A stretch of DNA of 64,000 nt, taken from the NCBI RefSeq assembly GCF_006345805.1, contig NC_043015.1:34534001-34598000 (forward strand), in the 5' to 3' direction. The position numbers were made by a program, and so were the translations under genes. Below, piece after piece: positions 39,202-51,950 of the stretch; the stretch's first letter is position 1, and each line of letters starts with the position of its first letter. Below the pieces are notes generated by a model that saw only the letters and a program-made list of their open reading frames with translations, did no database searches and had not been told where the DNA came from. The DNA is from Octopus sinensis (lineage: Eukaryota).

Positions 39202-39390
39202 TACGAGGGGAAGTCAAAAATTATCCACACTTTTGCCATAACATACCTTTATTATTGTCGCACTACCTTCTGCGCATGCATGCTTACAGTTGGTACTATT
39301 GTAGTCATGTGATCGAAGTTTGAGCCTAATCACACCATTTATCTTTCTGGCTTTACAGTGTAAGCATGGCCACTCCACTAGCAATGAGCA
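39202..39390 (+). mobile_element. Mariner 5' end fragment
   Basis: TACGAGGGGAAGTCAAAAATTATCC TIR; ATGGCCACTCCACTAGCA (MATPLA) transposase-like start, cut off by a SINE. Confidence 0.65.
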
Positions 39391-39561
39391 TATATATATA
39401 TGGGCTTCTTTCAGTTTCCATTTACCAAATCCACTCACAAGGCTTTGGTCGGCCCAAGGCTATAGTAGAAGACACTTGTTCAAGGTGTCACATAGTGGGA
39501 CTCTACCCGGAACCATGTGGTTGGTAAGCAAGCTACTTAACACACAGCCACGTCTGCGCCT
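39391..39561 (-). mobile_element. tRNA-derived SINE family A, 5' part
   Basis: GGGCTTCTTTCAGTTTCC...GGAACCATGTGGTTGGTAAGCAAGCTACTT. Confidence 0.9.
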
Positions 39562-41016
39562 ATGTTAATTTTATATATATATATATGTATGTATATTGTA
39601 TGTAAAGATACACATGCGTTTACACATACTGCGAGCTGCTATATAATATAATAGTGTACAATATATCAAAAATACAGACAACAGCAATTGAATGTTTTTC
39701 GAAACTGTGTGATATTTTTTTGAATGCTGATAAAATTGCATCTCTCTTTGTCCATTTGAAAACCAGACCAGTCAGAATCAATTTAGACAGCTATTACATA
39801 AACCTGCTTCCTGGGCCACTTGATGCATATGAACATATCACTTCAATGATGAATCTTTTTACAAAATAATTCTATGAATGCTTCAGTGTTTATTGATTCC
39901 AAAACCTCAACCACAGACATCTTATAGATTTCTTTGTACAGCAAAATTAGTGTTTTAAATCATTTGTTAATTAGCTTGTCAGTTGATTGCCAGTAAAATG
40001 ATGTCAAGGTCTTTGACCAGAGGAGATTGTTGTGAAGAGCACAATATAGTTGGCATGGAGTTAAGTTGGAGATTAATTTGAACCAGACTTCAAAAAACTA
40101 TTAATTTACTCTTTACCATTAATATTGCTAAATAGGGTCGGTGATGGATTGCCCAGATTATTAGTGTCAGAAAAAATGCTTTGCAGTATTTTTCTAGTTC
40201 TTTATACTCTTAGTTCAAATCCTACCAAAGTCAGCTTTACTTTTCACCCTCCAGGAATGACGAATAAAATACCAGTACAATACTTGGGTTGATTAATCAA
40301 CAAGCCCCCCCCCCTCCCTACCCTCAAAATTTCTGTCTTTGTACCTAAATAAGAAACTATTATTACATTAAATAGAAGTGTTTATGTAGGTCAGTTTTAC
40401 ATGGTGCAATAGAATAGACAACAGAAAAATGTTCAGTGAGAGGCTCGGAGCTCCAAAAGTAATTTAGTAACCATTGTTGCATCCCTGTTTTGTTTGTGTG
40501 CTCTCCGTGTTTATTTCCATAGACTTTTTAAACAAACTTTGAGAAAGGCAAGATAGAGGTTTTATTGTATGCATCTGATACCATATATATACTGATGTAT
40601 ATATGGTATCATGCTCCTATTTTACATCCTACTCCTCCTATTAATTTACCAGTACAGTTTGTGGAACAAAACAAATTTAGTGTGGTTCCCTTATTACAAG
40701 ATATTTTTAAATAGTTTTGTAGGAGAAAATGTATGAGTATGTGGAATAAAGAATGAAAAAATTTGTCCTACATAAACCAGGTTATATAAGTTATGCCTTA
40801 TCCATTAAGTGTTTATATTCGTTTATATTTCAGTCGAAAGAAATGACATGCAGGCTATAAAGCTTGTATTTCTGAAAATGTTGCAATTGGCCAGCAGGCT
40901 GGTGCACCGTTGCTGAAGTCATTGCAAATAGCTGATGGGGGATGAAAGTTTCACATTCTTTTCATCCTTTTAGGTGGATTTTCACAGATAATTAAAAGAT
41001 GCGTTTTGAAGTTAAC

Positions 41017-41232
41017 ACATCATCATCATCATCATCATTTAGCACCCATTTTCCATGTGGGTATGGGTTGGATGGTTTGACTGGAACTGGTAAACCAGAG
41101 AGTTACGCCAGTCGTCTCTGTTTTGATTTGGTTTCTACAGCCTGGATGCCGTTCCTAATGCCAACCACTTTACAGAATGCACTGGGTGCCTTTTACATGT
41201 CTCTGGCACATGTGCCTTTTACATGTCTCTGA
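41017..41232 (-). mobile_element. RTE-type LINE 3' UTR copy
   Basis: (CAT)n then TTTCCATG...CTACAGCCTGGATGCCGTTCCTAATGCC. Confidence 0.8.
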
Positions 41233-42701
41233 CAAAGTCATTAAATAACATAAAACACATAATAAATAGTGTAGAATACATGAGCCATGCTTGGCAAGGA
41301 GGTCAAATGAGAATTTGACATTACTGCTGAAGGACTGTAAGCAATCTTTTGGCAGACTTTGATATTTCGCCTTGGTTTCAGTATTTTATTATTAGTACCA
41401 ATTATTTGGTCTGGCACACGTATGCTTATCCAGCTCCCTAACCTATAACAGTTGGTCTCCCATCCATAGTACAGTCATATTTCTGGGGAAATGATGCAAC
41501 ACATTAAGAGACACAGTGCAACAGTCTTATCTAACATGCATTTATGTATGTATGCATTTATGTATGTATGCATGCATGCATGTGTGTGTGTATGTTGTGT
41601 GTGCATGCATATTTGTATATACATATACAGGGTGGTATGCATGTATGCATACTACCCTGGCTACCTGGCTGCCCACCCATGTGAAACACATCTTAACTAT
41701 AGCAGTAAGGAGAAGCCAGCATTCAGTATTATGCTAATAAATGATAATGGATGGATTTGATGTTGAGATCTTCATTTTGTTAAATATGATGTATTTCAAT
41801 CTGATTTAATGATTAGAGAGAAATGCTATGGCATATGGTATTTAACAGATAAGAATTGAGTGAAATTAAATGAGGCAGAAAATGAGAGAGAGAGACATCT
41901 AAGATATTGAGATATGAGACCAGAGATTTGACTGTGGTTGTCATGGTTGGTGATGAAACACTTTGTATTGATGTTGGACAGCAGCAGTGGAAAAGATGGC
42001 TGAAAGAGAGTTGTTAAGATGAATGTAATTTGCAAGATTCCACAAGATTGAGGCACAAATGAGAACTGTGTCAACGATGCCACCATATGAAAATGATTTT
42101 GAAATAATGATATATATGAGGATGCTATAATGTTATATAAAATTTCTAAATCTTATAGATTGTAGTGAGAGACAAAGCCAGTGACAAGTGATAAGTGAGT
42201 TAATTAATTAGATGACCCTAACTTGACAATCGTTTACTTTATGGGTTTTATCTCTGGTCAATTTTGATCAGTCAAATGTATATAATATTATACCTTCTTA
42301 TGAAGTTTATAATTATTATTACACACAGAGTGGTTCTCTTATCATTAATCTAGCAAATATGGAGAAGGCTAAGGCTTTCCTGAGGAAGCCTAATAAGACT
42401 GAAACATGCTGGATTGCTGCTGTTGCAAAATAATATCAATGGTATAAGTCTTTGTTTTTTTTCTCTTCACCACATAAGACATTAATTTGACTAATGTTTG
42501 TGTGCCATGTTAGTAACACAGTCTTAGTATGAGACATTGCCATGAAATATGTGTGTTGCTATGTCTTGTGAGAGGATGGCTGAGTGGTGAAGCATTTTGC
42601 TTTGCAATTATAAGGCGCCAAATTCAATTTCACTGGATTTCATCTTGGGATAGAGTCTTCTGTCACTCAATTTAACCCAAACCTTGTAAGTGAAATTATA
42701 T

Positions 42702-43050
42702 GGGCACAGGCATTGCTGCATGGTAAAAAGTTTGCTTCCAAACCACATAGTCCTGAGTTCAGTCCCACAGCATGGTACCTTATGCAAGTGGCTTCTACTA
42801 TAGCCTCAGACCAACCAAAGCCTTGTGAGTGGATTTAGTTGATGGAGACTGAAAGAAGCCCATCATATAAATGTATGTGTATGTCTTTGCGTCTGTGTTT
42901 GTCCCCCATCACCAGTTGACAACTGGTGTTGGTGTGTTTATGTCCCTGTAACTACTGGGGTCAATTCACTCAACTAAAATTCTTCAAGGCAGTGCACCAG
43001 CATGGCCGTAGTCTAATGACTGAAACAAGTAAAAGAGTAAGAGTAAGAGA
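42702..43050 (+). mobile_element. tRNA-derived SINE family A, near full length
   Basis: Head, internal (TG/TA) tract and 3' CAGCATGGCCGTAGTCTAATGACTGAAACAAGTAAAAGAG. Confidence 0.85.
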
Positions 43051-44591
43051 GAGAAACTGAGTGGAAACCCATAATATGGAATATGCCAGTAATTCAAACT
43101 GTGTGATACTGATTCTACCTGAATATTAAGGGCACACATTTCTGTGGAATACTCAGCCACTTATACACTGTGCTGGTTGTTGAGTTGGTAGAACAATTGG
43201 TATACTTATTGATGAAATCATCCGTTTACATTGTACTAGTGTGGTACTGTCATGTTCTGAGATCCTAACAGTGGAATATTTGTGGGATCTTTTGGAAATG
43301 AAGAAAACTAAATTAGCCGTGCAAGGGATTGGTGCCACTGACTAATTCTTTCCACTCAGTATAGAATGGTTCAGATTAAAACATTGAAATTTTGATAATC
43401 ATGTAAAATTAAGGAAAATCTTTGAGGAGCAATAGCAATAAACAAACAATTGTTTATTATATATGAAGGGAGGAAAGAAAGACTGGCACACTGACAGACA
43501 GACAGACTGTGTATATCATTAAGATTATGTCTGTGTGTCTTCCTTGCTATTCATGCATAGTCATAAAAAATGTGATATGAAACAATTGTGAATATAATTT
43601 ATTTTCAAAAAGAAAATCAATAATTTTTAAATGTAAATTAGTAATTTAGGTAGATTGTACAGAATCATGTGTATAGAGTGTGATGTATTTGGTGGTATGC
43701 AGAGCCATGTATATAAAGAGAGGGAGTGTGGTATATAGTGGTGATGGATAGAATCATGTATAGAGAGAGAGTGGTAGAATCTGGAACCATGTACATAGAA
43801 TGTGGTGTATAGTGGTGGTGTGTAGATCTATGCGTACAGGGTGTGATGGATAGTGGTGAAACATGGAACCAGGTAAACAGAGTGTGTAATATATAAATAT
43901 ATGTACTGAGAGAGAAGGAGTGGGGGGGGCAAAGCCATGTGTATAGAAGGGGGTATATACTGATGTTAAGTTGAACCATTTATATAAAATGTGAAAGCCA
44001 GAATGTGAGGAACCACTTATTCAGCTGCACTGGCAAAAGCAATTCAATGAAATGCCAATATATCAACAACAAAAAAAAGAAATTAATAATGTCAATGTAT
44101 CGATTTCTAACAGCTACTTATTGGTTAAAATAGGGTCAGAGGTGACATTTTGTGTCCATTTTCACTTGCTAACATAGGATGACAAATATGTTGCTAAAGC
44201 TTTGATTTTACAACCAGATGCCCTTCCTGATGCTAACCATTATGAGTAGGGGGATTTGCTGACGGGAACATTGACAACACTGCTCAAACATCACTACTTT
44301 TTAAGAAGTGAGGATGCACAAACATATATATGTATGTGTGTGTATATATATATATCAGTGGCTGGATGTCACTAATTTTATATATATTGCGAACAAGGGT
44401 GAACAACTGTGTGTGTGTGTAGATATAGTTTTACTTTTAGATCTAATTACCTTTTATCTAAGTCTGGATATACCCATCTTTATACACATTCTAAAATTAA
44501 TCTTATTCTATTTATAGGAGGAGCCCTAGGTTTTCATCTTCCACATAGCTGTTTGCTTTCTCATTGATAGTTTCTTCCAATATATATATAT

Positions 44592-44761
44592 GCATAAATG
44601 TAATGCTTTTCCCAAATAAAATGCACTTCATATTTGAGGCTCTGATGAAGCTGTAAGGTGTTACTCAGGCACTCAACTATGAGTCCACTGCATCTTATAG
44701 CAGAAACAATTGTTCGCTAATGGAGTTCATACGATAATCATTTATTCTTTTGACATCTCAT

Positions 44762-44766
<5 letters not shown>
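44592..44766 (+). mobile_element. Short Penelope-like tail with hammerhead motif (44638-44718) between two (TA)n tracts
   Basis: CTGATGA-A-GCTGTAAGGTG...CATCTTATAGC-A-GAA-ACAATTGT-T; TATATATATATGCATA occurs at both junctions. Confidence 0.6.
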
Positions 44767-44804
<38 letters not shown>

Positions 44805-44869
44805 TATACTTACATACATTGAGGAAAGCTACTCAAGAATAGTAACATGAATGTTCATTAGAAAGATAA

Positions 44870-45130
44870 GACGAAGAACGATGATGTTTTTAGTGATTGT
44901 TACAACATGATAATTGCCCTTACCTTAACAACAGAATACAATGTTATCAAGCTTTCGTACAGATTTATTCATAATAATTACTTACAACGACAATGTCGCC
45001 ATCACATCTCCACCACTATCATCGTAATTGATATCTAAGTACCTCCGTGTAATCAACCTAAGTGTATTCGACCTAGGTGGGCAAATGAAAGTGATATGAC
45101 ATCAAGTAAAAATCAATATCAGCAGGTAAA
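44870..45130. promoter_or_regulatory. CpG-retaining patch; candidate promoter/first-exon region
   Basis: 8 CpG in ~200 bp versus about 13 in the preceding 2.8 kb (manual count), in sequence I do not recognise as a repeat. Confidence 0.4.
44986..45002 (-). CDS. Candidate first coding exon (MATLS...)
   Basis: GTG-ATGGCGACATTGTCGTT followed by consensus donor GTAAGT (44985-44980), inside the CpG patch. Confidence 0.35.
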
Positions 45131-45589
45131 AACCCACATTCATAATATACAGCAACAATCTTTGTATTGTATCAAAAAATATCATTCACATTCATGCTAG
45201 AGTTATATTTTTACGATGTTTTTTATACATGCCTAACTGCATTTCGTCAAAATCCCTAGTTTCTAACATGAGGGGCAGATTTACATTGAGAAAGCATGAC
45301 AAGACTTTTAAGTGTTAAAAGCTTCACCACAGTCAGTTGTAAATAAGTTGGTATAGAATGCTGTTGACTCATTGTGAAACCAGTTGGCACTTGTAGTGTA
45401 GGGAAGTTCATGTATTTTGTTAAATGATAGAAAGTGAGGTGAAGTGTTTTGTTTCATCAAAGATAAGTATTTTAAATAAATTAAACGATGTATAAAGAGA
45501 GTATATAAGGGAGTATAGTTGAAAATGTTATTGTTTTGTTACGTTAGTATAACAGTGTTATTATGCTTCACTGGAAGTGCAATGTCAGT

Positions 45590-46268
45590 GAGCATGTTTG
45601 ACAGAATGTAAGCATCTTGAGAGAAAAGTTAGGCATAAGAGGCAGCATCAGATGAGGTGTGCAAGAGAGACGGTTGTGCTGGTATGGTCATGTGATGCAT
45701 ATGGATGAGGACAGCTGTGTAAAAAAGTGCCGATCTCTAACTGTAGAGAGAACCTGTAGTAGAGGTAGAACCAAGAAGACATGAGACGAGGTGGTGAAGC
45801 ATGACCTTTGAACTTTGGATCTCACAGACTTTTGGCAATATGCTGTGCTTGAGAAGGCCTGTCAAGCCAAGTGAAATTATAGTGAAGGCTGATGTTGGTG
45901 TCACTTAAGTGGCACCCATGCCAGTGGCACGTAAAGAGCACTGGGGGAAAGTGGCTGAGTTCTTTTCAAGCATTGGGCTTCACAGAGGCAACGATCAAGA
46001 CCTCTGGCATTATCTCATGCTCGAGAAGACGACCATGAAGTCAAGCAAAATTGCAGTCATGGCAGAGACTGGTGTCACATAAATGGCACACATGCCAGTG
46101 GTATGTAAAAGCACCCATTATGCTCTCAGAGTGGTTGGCATTAGGAAGGGCATCCAGCTCTAGAAAACCATGTCAAATCAGACTGGAGTCTGGTGCAGCC
46201 TTCCAGCTTCCTGGTCAAACAGTCCAACCCATGCCAGCATGGACAACAGACATTAAATGATGAGGATG
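45590..46268 (+). mobile_element. RTE-type LINE 3' end: ORF C-terminus plus modular 3' UTR
   Basis: LREKLGIRG..VQERRLCWYGHVMHMDEDSCVKKCRSLTVE..RGRTKKT*DEVVKHDL, then the same tail found in the shorter copies. Confidence 0.9.
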
Positions 46269-47253
46269 AAGAAATAACCGTAATGGTAAATGTAGTTAAA
46301 ATCTTATTCCTTTTTTAGGTATTCTGCAACAATGTAAGATGTTTTAAGTAGATGATAATGTTGCCAGATATTGCTATCTGAGAAATATTTAATGTTTTTA
46401 ACTATTTAAGCTTTTGTATTTTCACTGGATGTGGTGGTGGTGGGGGGGGTGATTGATGGTGGATAAATTTACTGGAAGTTCCTAATGTTGACAAAGATAA
46501 ATGGTTAATCATATATTAGTTCCACCATATGGCATTCAGCTGGATTAACTGATCTTTTTTTATGTCAAAGACAAAAGAGCAGAGAGAAGCATTTATGGAA
46601 TAAATTAGAGGAGATGAGAAAACTGAATAAGGAATAAGGGTGTATTTCATGTTCATCTCCATGGAAATAAACTTTAATACATGTTTCAGTTAATGAAGAA
46701 AAGGAAAAGAAAATAAAAAGAAAGAATTAAAGGAAGAACAATGGAAAGAGGAGAAGGAGGAGGCAATTCAAATTCTTTGTTGCAAGACATGATTCTCTTC
46801 AGCAATTCTTTAATATATTCAAAAGACATTTTTTTTCATTATTCAAAGCACCAAACTAAGATTATTTGCTAAATTCTCTGAAAAATCAAACAATATGATT
46901 AATATTCATGATGATGCTGAGAAACTTGTTTTAACAAAACCCAAACATTTCTACCTTTTCTTATTCTGACCCAAAATTCAATCATTTCAGTCCAAGAATT
47001 TGCTTAGAGCAGATCTTCTTGCTGCCAACATATATTAGCAATATATTTACGTTTGTTAACTTGATGGCTTCATATTTAATCTGTTTTTAGATGTTTTATG
47101 ATATATACGTGAGCATGATCCATATATGGCTTTGATCCAAAGATATTCTGTCAAATATTTGTTCCCCCCCACCATGCCCCAATAAATACAAATGAAGCAC
47201 TGCCAAATGCACCAAGTTTCATGAGATTTATTATATATATATATATATATATA

Positions 47254-47655
47254 GGTGCGGGAGAGGCTGTGTGGTAAGTAGCTTGCTTACCAACCATATG
47301 GTTACGGGATCAATCCCACTGCATGGCACCTTGGACAAGTGTCTTCTATAGCTTCAGGCTGACCAAAGCCTTGTGAGTGGATTTGGTAGACGGAAACTGA
47401 AAGAAGCCCATCGTATATGTGTGTTTGGGTGTGTGTGTGTGTGTGTGTGTGTATCTGTGTTTGTCCCCCCAACATCGCTTGACAACTGATGCTGGTGTGT
47501 TTATGTCCCTGTAACTTAGTGGTTTCGCAAAAGAGACCGATAGAATGAGTTCTTACAAAGAATGAGTCCTGGGGTCAATTTGCTCAACTGAAGGTGGTGC
47601 TCCAGCATGGCCACAGTCAAATGACTGAAGGAATTAAAAGAAAAGAATAAAATAA
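47254..47655 (+). mobile_element. tRNA-derived SINE family A, full length
   Basis: tRNA-like head with A/B-box-like segments, central (TG)n, 3' GAATAAAA tail. Confidence 0.9.
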
Positions 47656-47710
47656 AAGTATAAATATATGTATTTCTATATATACTTATATATGTTTATA
47701 GGCATGTACA

Positions 47711-48005
47711 AAGCACCATTCGAATGTGGTCGATGCCAGTGCTGGCTGACTGGTCCTGTGCTGGTGGCACCTAAAAAGCACCATTCAAGTGTAGTCGATG
47801 CCAGTAACACCTGACTGGCCCTCATGCCGGTGGCACATAAAAAGCACCCAGTACACTCTCGGAGTGGTTGGCGCTAGGAAGGGCATCCAACTGTAGAAAC
47901 TTTGCCAGATCAGATTGGAGCCTGGTACAACCTTCTAGCTTGTCAGCCCTCTGTCAAACCATCCAAGCCATGCCAGCAGATGTTAAGTGATGACGGTGAT
48001 GATGA
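47711..48005 (+). mobile_element. RTE-type LINE 3' UTR copy with two internal ~65 bp tandem modules
   Basis: AAAGCACCATTC..GTCGATGCCAG..CTGACTGG..GGTGGCAC repeated; (GAT)-like tail. Confidence 0.85.
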
Positions 48006-48772
48006 TACGTGTGTGTGTGTGTGTGTCACAGTTGGAAAGATTGCAAACTGTGACTAGGTTAGTCAAATTTGTTTCTAGCTTATTGAATTACATAAAGGTT
48101 AAATGGTTTCCATTCTCTTCATTGCTATTATAATCTGATATTAACAGAATCCCAAGACAATCATTTTGGCTCTGTATTCTACTTAGTGAAGAGGATCAAA
48201 CTTTTGATTCTTTACACATACACAAGGAAATGCATATATACACACATGCACACACAAAGACACATACACATATTTACATATATATAATGACTTTCTCATC
48301 TACACTTCTCTCTATCTCCCCCTTTCATCCAGTTTATTAAACATTTCATATTTCTTGCTGGAATGTTTGTTAAAAGCAACATAATAAATTTTGCCAAAAT
48401 TCTACCAAACTTTTCAAACTTTCCATCGATCCCAACCAACCACATGTGCTGTCCATTATGACCTTTTTATTTTCTCTTCTACACCAACGACCTTATTTGG
48501 GACTTGTGGCTTCTGTCCAAGTGATTTTTAAACCCCCTATTCATAACTAGATTAGCATTTGAGATAGATCACTTATGGAAGACATACGTATTTGTGTGTG
48601 TGCGTGTGTGTATGTGTGAGTGAGTGAGTGAGTGGGTGCACAGGCACAGGTGCAGAAACATATAATCTTAAAATTGCCAGAGATTAGAAAGCTAAAAGGA
48701 AGTGTTAAATCCAAAAATCCAAATGTCATAGCTAATGGTCTGTAATACGTAAATTATAATAACATGTAAAGT

Positions 48773-48850
48773 ATTTTATAATAAATTATAATAACATTAT
48801 AATAAATTATAATAACATTATAATAAATTATAATAACATGTAAAGTATTT
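48773..48850. repeat. AT-rich ~21 bp tandem repeat
   Basis: TAATAAATTATAATAACA units, flanked by duplicated AAATTATAATAACATGTAAAGTATTTT. Confidence 0.8.
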
Positions 48851-49713
48851 TGATTATAATTCTGTAAGTGTAAATATATACACTGATGTAACTATAATCT
48901 TGTTAGTGAGAATAACATATTCACAGGATTCTAGTTACATCAGCTTACATGTTCACACTTAGAGAAATCCATTCACAATGGCCCACATGCAATAATTTAC
49001 ATATTGCCAACCATGAACCTGATTCTAATTTTGGTAATGTACTGTAGTTATAACAATATTGTTAATGTGAATATATCATTGTGACTATAATACTGTTGGA
49101 GTGTATATAAATATATATATCACTGACATAAATAGAATTCTGTTTGTCGTCTGACTATAAATAATGTGTGTCTATGTATGTTGATGTGATTGTTTTGTTG
49201 TGTATGGTGATATATATATTTATGGCCAGGATCTCAGGTGTTTGTGTATTTATGTTTACAAATATACAATTCTGACTATGTTTTCTTTTTTAGTGTATAT
49301 GTATGTGTATGAGTGTGTGTGTGTGTGGATGTGTCTCTTCCATCCGTTTTATTGTGAATCGATATTATATTTCTCACAGACTGACAAATCTTAGATTACA
49401 GTGAATGACTCCAATTAAAATCTAATGAAATTGTATTTACTTCATAATGTAAACCAAAACTTCAAACCTTTCAATTCCACATCTTCATCATTAGTTGGAA
49501 ACCTTGCTTATCATCATTATTTCAATGTAAACTGTATTATTGTTTTACTTTACTACAATGAATGATATTTTCAGCTAAGAGATCCTATTATAATAGCATT
49601 TCTTGTTCTCAGCTTTTCTTGTTTATTACACAAGGATAAAATCTCTGGTCATCTTCACTTTATATACTAGACTCTCTCTCTCTCTTCTCCCTCCCTCTCT
49701 CTCTTCTCCCTCC

Positions 49714-49774
<61 letters not shown>

Positions 49775-50849
49775 GCTTCTCTAAATACCACTCTTCAACA
49801 ATTCTCATGTTTTACCATTGTGCCAAATCTGCTTCTGACATTACTGATTTTTATTTGTTTGTTTTGCTAGCTATTGTATTGTTGAAGACTGGTTCTTTGG
49901 GCTTACATTACTGGCAATAATGTCTCTTTATTCAATCCATGGCTGCCATTGTTTTCAACAATTTTTCAAAGCCTCTCTGTGTTATTGTATGTTTTTAGAG
50001 GACATCTGACAGAGGTAAAGTCAACCTAAAGGCTTACAAAAGCAGAGAGGTACAGGACCAACTACAGAATGTTTCAAGCCTCATTTATACGAAATAATAT
50101 GTTGTGACACCTGTTAGGAAATATTGAATACAAGAACTCAATAATTGCAGAAGAACCATTCCAGAGTGGACTGGGTGCTACTTTTTAGCCTCTGTTCTAG
50201 ATTTAGTGTCATAAAAAGTCTTGGACTTCATCCCATGACTTAAGTTCTTGTATCACTTCTATAGCCAAGTTTAATTTTTGGTGGTTGCTGGTGTATTAGT
50301 GTTGTGTATATAGACACACACATACATTCACACGTGTATATCATCTTCTGTGTGTTCGAAACAACTCAGACTTGCCCAGCTTGATCGCATCAGCCAACAA
50401 TATCCTACAGAATGTGGTGGTGGTCAGCAAGACAACAGCCGGTGTCCATATCTGTATGATGGGTGTTATAGCTTGAAGACATGATTTTAGTACAATTCAT
50501 TCAAATCTTTCAGTGGTTAATAACATCTGTGATCATTGATCTTTTAACACTTTGGGAAATTGGTGATTATGATCCTTGACTCCACAGAGGTTTCTCTACA
50601 CAACATTGGACAGGTGTAGTCATTAATTACCTGATCGCTGTTTTGCCGATTCATACTGCTTCCCATGGAGCCCCATGGGACCTTAAGTTGGGTGGCCGTC
50701 AGCTGTTACACCTTAGTCTGTGTATGACCCAGGATGGTTTATTTCTATATTTGGTGCTAACTCCTGTCTAGAGGTTGTTCTACTGCCCAAACTTGGGGCT
50801 TACCAGGTTGGTGTTCTCTCAACCGTTATTATGATATATATTTGCACAT

Positions 50850-50921
<72 letters not shown>

Positions 50922-50926
<5 letters not shown>

Positions 50927-51070
50927 GTTAGGAAGGGCATCCAGCTGTAGAAACTCTGCCAGATCAAGATTGAAGCCTGGTGCAGCCATCTGGTTCGCCA
51001 GCCCTCAGTCATTCGTCCAACCCATGCTAGCATGGAAAGTGTACGTTAAACGATGATGATGATGATGATA
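50922..51070 (+). mobile_element. RTE-type LINE 3' UTR copy (young) after (TA)n
   Basis: GGCGTTAGGAAGGGCATCCAGCTG...GTACGTTAAACGATGATGATGATGATG. Confidence 0.9.
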
Positions 51071-51072
51071 TA

Positions 51073-51950
51073 CAAGGTCTGATCAATAAGTATCTGGACT
51101 GTTGCCATAGCAATGAAGCTAAAACATGCAGTGTGAAGCTGCTTGGCAAAGACTGACCTTGACCTCTGCTGTGCATGGACACTAAGCTTTAACATTCTGA
51201 CTCACTTCTGCTGTTTACAGGAGTGCTTGGAAGGAAGGTGTGTAGTGTGTAATCATCGCATTAGCCATGACAGAGAAAGTTGTCATGGTGATACCTGCTC
51301 AGAGGCAAAGCCGCAGAAAAGGTATGGAGAGGAGTGTATGAGCCACATGCAAGTGTACGAGTGGTTCAGACGTTTACAAGATGGCCGAAGAAATGTCAAT
51401 ATTGGTGAACGTTCTGGGAGACACACAACCAGCAGAACTGAGAAAAACATCGCAGATATGCATGCAGCTGTGAGGGGGAATCGTCGAATCACCATCCGTG
51501 AGTTATCAGAGGATGTACAGATTAGTTACGGTTCAGTTTATTATCACTGAAGATTTGGGTATGAGACGTGTGTCTGCCAAGTTTGTGCCAAAACTGTTTT
51601 CAGCTGACAAAAAGGACACTTGGGTTTCATTTGCATAAGATCTCCTTGATTGTGTCGAGAACGATGAAAACTTTTTGAGAACTTTGAGTAGGCTTCTGAG
51701 CAGGTATCACCAAGCTTTCAGCAAAATTTGAGGCAGATTCTCTGCTCTACTTTCTGTCATAGTCAATGTGATGATCTCATACTACACACCTTCCTTCCAA
51801 GCACTGCTGTAAACAGTAGAAGTGAGTTAATATGTTAAAACTTAGCATGTATGCACAGCAGAGTTCAAGGTCAATCTGTGCCAAGCGGCTTCACTTTGTG
51901 CACTTTAGCTTTGTTACTATGGCAACAGTCCGGATACTTATTGATCAGAT
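51073..51950 (+). mobile_element. Mariner foldback derivative with ~230-260 bp inverted arms
   Basis: Arms 51077-51306 and 51692-51950 are inverted copies of the element 5' end; centre keeps HTH remnants YGEECMSHMQVYEWFRRLQDG, RRITIRELSE, SAKFVPKL. Confidence 0.9.

Noticed and set aside
43670-43970. Degenerate purine/GT-rich tracts (also 4560-4860, 32530-32760, 58260-58600, 60120-60460)
   Set aside because: Old low-complexity or minisatellite decay with no definable unit or coding signal.
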